In this document: positions 60,296 to 64,000 of the stretch, piece by piece
Layout of the letters: each line of letters opens with the position of its first letter
How positions within the stretch are numbered: position 1 is the stretch's first letter
From: an uncultured Gemmatimonadota bacterium
GTDB lineage: Bacteria > GCA-2686955
Direction: 5' to 3'
Length of the DNA: 64,000 nt
NCBI GenBank assembly: GCA_964490075.1
Contig: CAZBBK010000004.1
Span: 1 to 64,000 of the forward strand
Program-made: the position numbers and the translations under genes
The notes under the pieces: generated by a model
What the model was told of the DNA's origin: nothing
The model's database searches: none
What the model saw: only the letters and a program-made list of their open reading frames with translations

Positions 60296-61158
60296 TCGAG
60301 AACGCGGCGAGCCTTGGTGATATCAGGCTGTCTGACCTTCGGATCATCGACCGGTAGCGCCTTGTTTTTAATGTTTTCGGGGATCCCCGCCGCCTTCGCG
60401 ATCGCCTTGGCGAACTCCGCGATCGTCATCTCTCGGGGATTGCCGATATTGACCGGATCTCGCTCGTCCGAGAGCAGCAGTCGATAGATTCCCTCGACCA
60501 GATCCGAGACATAGCAGAAGCTGCGTGTTTGAGACCCATCTCCGTAGACGGTCATCGGCTCGCCATCGAGCACCTGGTTGATGAAGTTGGGCACCACCCG
60601 ACCGTCCCTGGCGCGCATGCGCGGGCCATAGGTATTGAAGATGCGGGCGATTCGGGTCTCGACTCCGTGGTAACGCTGGTAGGCCATGGTCAGCGCTTCG
60701 GCGAAGCGTTTCGCCTCGTCGTAGACCCCGCGTGGACCGATCGGATTGACGTTGCCCCAGTAGTCCTCGGTCTGTGGATGAACCAGGGGATCTCCGTACA
60801 CCTCGGAGGTCGAGGCGAGCAATACGCGCGCGCCCTTCGCGCGCGCCAGCCCCAGCACCTTGTGGGTCCCCAACGCGCCCACCTTCATGGTCTGGATCGG
60901 AAATTCGAGGTAGTCGATCGGCGAGGCTGGAGAGGCGAAGTGCAGAACGTAGTGAATCCTCCCGCCGACCTCCAAGTACTGGGTCACGTCGTGCTCGACG
61001 AAACGGAAACGGTCGTTGTCCTGCAGGTGCTCGATGTTGCGCCGAGACCCGGTGATGAAGTTGTCCATGCCGATGACCGAATGGCCTCGATTCAGGAACA
61101 GGTCGGTAAGATGCGAGCCGATGAAGCCGGCGGCGCCGGTGATCAAGACAGTCGCCAT
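60229..61158 (-). CDS. UDP-glucuronate decarboxylase-like extended SDR
   Basis: [33 protein letters not shown] and IFNTYGPRM. Confidence 0.94.
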   Translation of the reverse strand: MATVLITGAAGFIGSHLTDLFLNRGHSVIGMDNFITGSRRNIEHLQDNDRFRFVEHDVTQYLEVGGRIHYVLHFASPASPIDYLEFPIQTMKVGALGTHKVLGLARAKGARVLLASTSEVYGDPLVHPQTEDYWGNVNPIGPRGVYDEAKRFAEALTMAYQRYHGVETRIARIFNTYGPRMRARDGRVVPNFINQVLDGEPMTVYGDGSQTRSFCYVSDLVEGIYRLLLSDERDPVNIGNPREMTIAEFAKAIAKAAGIPENIKNKALPVDDPKVRQPDITKARRVLDWEPKVELEDGLRATIDYFRQR

Positions 61159-61225
61159 GGGGGACTCCAGCACGGGTGCTACCCGATGTCAAAACAAGGG
61201 GGCTGTTGCGTATCGGTCATCTCGA

Positions 61226-62071
61226 TCAGCGACCGCAGGCAACCAGCTCATTGCGGACGTAGTCCGCCAACGCACCACGCCAGTTTCGCATCGGATCCCG
61301 ATTCATCAGATTCAGCTTGTGGTTGACGGCGCTCTCGTTGGCTCCGCGTTTCGCGGGAAGCGGAAAGGCATCCGAGGACACCGGCTCGATCACGACGTCG
61401 TCTCGCCCGAGGACCTTGGCGATCTCCAGCGCCATGGTGTGGCGGGAGCAGGAGCCTCCTCCGTTGACCATGTGGTAGGTGCCGAAGAGGCCGGTCTCGA
61501 TGTGGCCCAGAATCCCCGCCGCCAGGTCTTTGGCGTAGGTCGGACTGCCGATCTTGTCGTTCACGGCGATCAGCCGATCTCTTTGCTTCATGAGATCGAA
61601 CATCTTGCCAACGAACTTGTGGTCTTTCTCTCCGCCGCCCAGCATCCAGCCGGCCCGGAAGATGTAATGGCGGCTGCAGATCTCGCGCACGATCCTCTCG
61701 CCTTCGGCTTTGCTGGCGCCGTAGGTGTTCACCGGATCGGTGTCATCGAACTCGTTGTAGGGGTCGTCCTTCTTGCCATTGAAGATCTGCGTGGTGCTGA
61801 TATAGGTGAGAATCGCTCCGACTTGCTTGGCGGCCGTCGCGACATGCAGCGTTCCAATGGTGTTGGTCCGGTAGCAGTCCTCTACATGTGATTCGGCGCC
61901 ATCGACATCGGTCCAGGCAGCCAGGTGGAGCACGTGCTCCGGCCGGTGTTGACGAAAGGTGTCTCGGACACAGTCGAAGTTGGTGACATCCATCTCCGGG
62001 ATGTCGGTCTTGAACACGGTGTCGGGGAAGTAGCCACCCAACATGCCGTTGGCTCCGGTGGCGAGAATCAT
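61226..62071 (-). CDS. rmlD: dTDP-4-dehydrorhamnose reductase-like SDR
   Basis: TGANGMLG, AAWTDVDGAE, YGASKAEGE and DKIGSPT. Confidence 0.85.
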   Translation of the reverse strand: MILATGANGMLGGYFPDTVFKTDIPEMDVTNFDCVRDTFRQHRPEHVLHLAAWTDVDGAESHVEDCYRTNTIGTLHVATAAKQVGAILTYISTTQIFNGKKDDPYNEFDDTDPVNTYGASKAEGERIVREICSRHYIFRAGWMLGGGEKDHKFVGKMFDLMKQRDRLIAVNDKIGSPTYAKDLAAGILGHIETGLFGTYHMVNGGGSCSRHTMALEIAKVLGRDDVVIEPVSSDAFPLPAKRGANESAVNHKLNLMNRDPMRNWRGALADYVRNELVACGR

Positions 62072-62165
62072 GCGAAAGCTCCCTGGCGTGGGGAAGAGGT
62101 GTCTGGCGGCGCGGGAGTATAGGCGCGCTTCGGCCCCACGATCCAGGAGCCTGTGGCGCGCCGCT

Positions 62166-63473
62166 TCAGTGGGCCGCCTTGGGGACCGGCACGCGCAGCG
62201 CACGACCGGTCGCCAGAGCATCATAAGCTCGAATCAAGACCGCCGCTGACTGCTGCCACGACAGCCGCTCGATGAGGCGCTCTCTGCCGATCCTGCCCAT
62301 TCTCGCCCGGCGCGGCTCGTCGTCCAGGAGCTCGATCAGGCGATCGCCGAAATCACCGCAGTCGTTGTCGCGCGCGTATAGGGCGGCCTCGCCGGCCGAT
62401 CTCTGGGTTTCGATCAACCCGAAGGAGACGATGGGCTTGGCCATCGCCATGTACTCCAGGATCTTGTTCATCGTCGATACGTTGTTGAGCGGGTTGACCG
62501 GATCCGGGGCTACGCAGACGTCGGCCGTGGAAAGCCAACGACGCAGCTCGGCGTCGGGAATGCGGCCGGTGAAAGAGACGACACCCTGGAGATCCAGCTC
62601 GACGACCAGGGCCTGGAGATCTTCGATCGAGTCCCCTCCGCCGATCAGCACAAAACGCAGGTCACTCCTGCCACGAACGTGAACCACGTGATGCGCGGAA
62701 CGAATCAGGTAGTCCACTCCGTCTTGCGGCGCCATCGTCCCCAGATAGCAGACCAGGTGCGATTGCCCGGCCCGTAACGACTCGTCCGGCGGTTCGGGAC
62801 GGAACTCCCTGACGTCGGGAGCACTGCGCACGACGAACACGCGGTCCGGGTCGCACCCCCCCCGCTCGATCGCTGTCTTCCGATACGATTCATTGGTGGC
62901 GATGACGACGTCGGAAGTCCGATAGGTCCAACGCTCGAGCAGCTGTAGAGCGCGAAACAGGAACCCGCTCGATCGACCGAATCGGCTGGTGAATGTTTCC
63001 GGGCAAAGATCGTGCTGGTCATAGACGAAGCGGACCCCGAACGGCCGAAAGATCCAGCCGATCATGAAGAACAGATCCGGGGGATTGCAGGCATGGATGG
63101 CATCAAAGCGATCGCGAGCGAAGATGATCAGGGCATAGAGCAGGGTCATCAAGATGGCCCACGGGTACTCCCACAGGTAGCCGAGTGCGCCCTTGGTCGG
63201 CAGCAAGGGCAGAGGATAGCGATAGATCCTCACGCCGCTGTTCACTTCGTAGGTCTTGCGATCCACGACCTTGGGACAGATCACGCTGACCGAATGCCCG
63301 GCCTGCACCAACGAGCGTGCCTCGTTCCAGACCCGGCGATCGAAAGGAACCGAGAGGTTCTCCACCAGAATCAAGACGCGTTTTGGATGCTCGGCGCGGG
63401 GGGGTTCGATGCCTGGTTGCGAGGCAGGCTGTGTCGAGCTTGCAGTGCTTCTAGTTGAGGTATCCAAGGGCAC
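62166..63473 (-). CDS. Glycosyltransferase family 4
   Basis: VENLSVPFDRRVWNEA, HACNPPD, DQHDLCPE and NKILEYMAMAKPIV. GTG start with GGAGG inferred. Confidence 0.92.
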   Translation of the reverse strand: MPLDTSTRSTASSTQPASQPGIEPPRAEHPKRVLILVENLSVPFDRRVWNEARSLVQAGHSVSVICPKVVDRKTYEVNSGVRIYRYPLPLLPTKGALGYLWEYPWAILMTLLYALIIFARDRFDAIHACNPPDLFFMIGWIFRPFGVRFVYDQHDLCPETFTSRFGRSSGFLFRALQLLERWTYRTSDVVIATNESYRKTAIERGGCDPDRVFVVRSAPDVREFRPEPPDESLRAGQSHLVCYLGTMAPQDGVDYLIRSAHHVVHVRGRSDLRFVLIGGGDSIEDLQALVVELDLQGVVSFTGRIPDAELRRWLSTADVCVAPDPVNPLNNVSTMNKILEYMAMAKPIVSFGLIETQRSAGEAALYARDNDCGDFGDRLIELLDDEPRRARMGRIGRERLIERLSWQQSAAVLIRAYDALATGRALRVPVPKAAH

Positions 63474-64000
63474 GGATCGCCTCCAGGGATCGGCGCTCGG
63501 CATCGTCCGTCTCGCCACCGGCGAGTTGCGGCAGGGGAGACGGTTGGCGACGCCGGCGGATCGGCCGCCTTTGCATGCCATCGGCACGCAGCAAGATTTC
63601 GAGACCTTCGACACGATGCGCCGGCTCCAGCGGCAGATCCAGCAAGTGCAGAATCAACGGAGCGATGTCTCGCGTCGAAACGCCCCGGACATGCCCCGTC
63701 CGCAGCCCCGGAGCGAGTGCCGCGAACACACCCTCCTGGCCGAGCTCGCGCCGCAGGGCGGGCAAGGGGCGCCCGTGAAGGCCGCGAATACCGCGGTCGA
63801 TCACGTAGTGACGAAGAGACCTGGCCCGGCCACCGAATCCGCGCACCTGGGCGGTGTCCAGCTCCGCCAGGGTCAGCTCGACGGGACCGAACAGTTCCAG
63901 CCGCTTCGCCGCGGCGTCAACGCGGCACGAGCGAAAGAGCGGACGGCCGTCGCGAAGAGCGAGCGAAGTCAACTTGTCGCTTGCCGCCTGTGGTGCAGCG
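63451..64000 (-). CDS. C-terminus of an alkaline phosphatase/sulfatase-superfamily protein (5' part outside window)
   Basis: GVFAALAPGL...DIAPLILHLLDLP...EG and terminal IRALGYL. Confidence 0.7.
   Translation of the reverse strand, partial: AAPQAASDKLTSLALRDGRPLFRSCRVDAAAKRLELFGPVELTLAELDTAQVRGFGGRARSLRHYVIDRGIRGLHGRPLPALRRELGQEGVFAALAPGLRTGHVRGVSTRDIAPLILHLLDLPLEPAHRVEGLEILLRADGMQRRPIRRRRQPSPLPQLAGGETDDAERRSLEAIRALGYLN

Overview
High-GC bacterial chromosome segment. A secreted S8 peptidase with a FlgD-Ig/T9SS-like tail (SQNHPNPFNPST...GVYFYRL) suggests an FCB-superphylum organism; this is an inference. The first ~2 kb is a decayed defence island. It holds an IS21-like end, a DUF1156 methylase fragment joined by an apparent deletion to the 3' part of a DUF499 ATPase, and a doubly frameshifted HsdM tail. 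Next comes the best candidate for an undescribed system, a translationally coupled three-gene cassette (2927-6236). It encodes an ECF-sigma-like protein, a possible anti-sigma with an internal LAA motif, and a single-pass membrane protein with a Lon-protease-like cytoplasmic segment and an extracellular FG-GAP region. The rest is mostly housekeeping and envelope genes: hemL, guaB, rpsU, djlA, glgC, an MCE operon, a satellite pduS/pduT pair, a kinase/histidine-kinase pair, a Ski2-like helicase, nnr, thiL, glnII, a TolC-family gene, queD and a polysaccharide locus. Several items are absent from the ORF track: a SelW/Rdx selenoprotein with in-frame UGA and a SECIS-like hairpin, a collapsed Phd/VapC toxin-antitoxin remnant, a 55-aa small ORF, a consensus sigma-54 promoter and a candidate ~200-nt structured RNA. 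The candidate RNA lies in a cluster with two unusual DNA-binding proteins. No rRNA, tRNA or CRISPR array was recognised. All calls come from reading motifs by eye; no searches were run.
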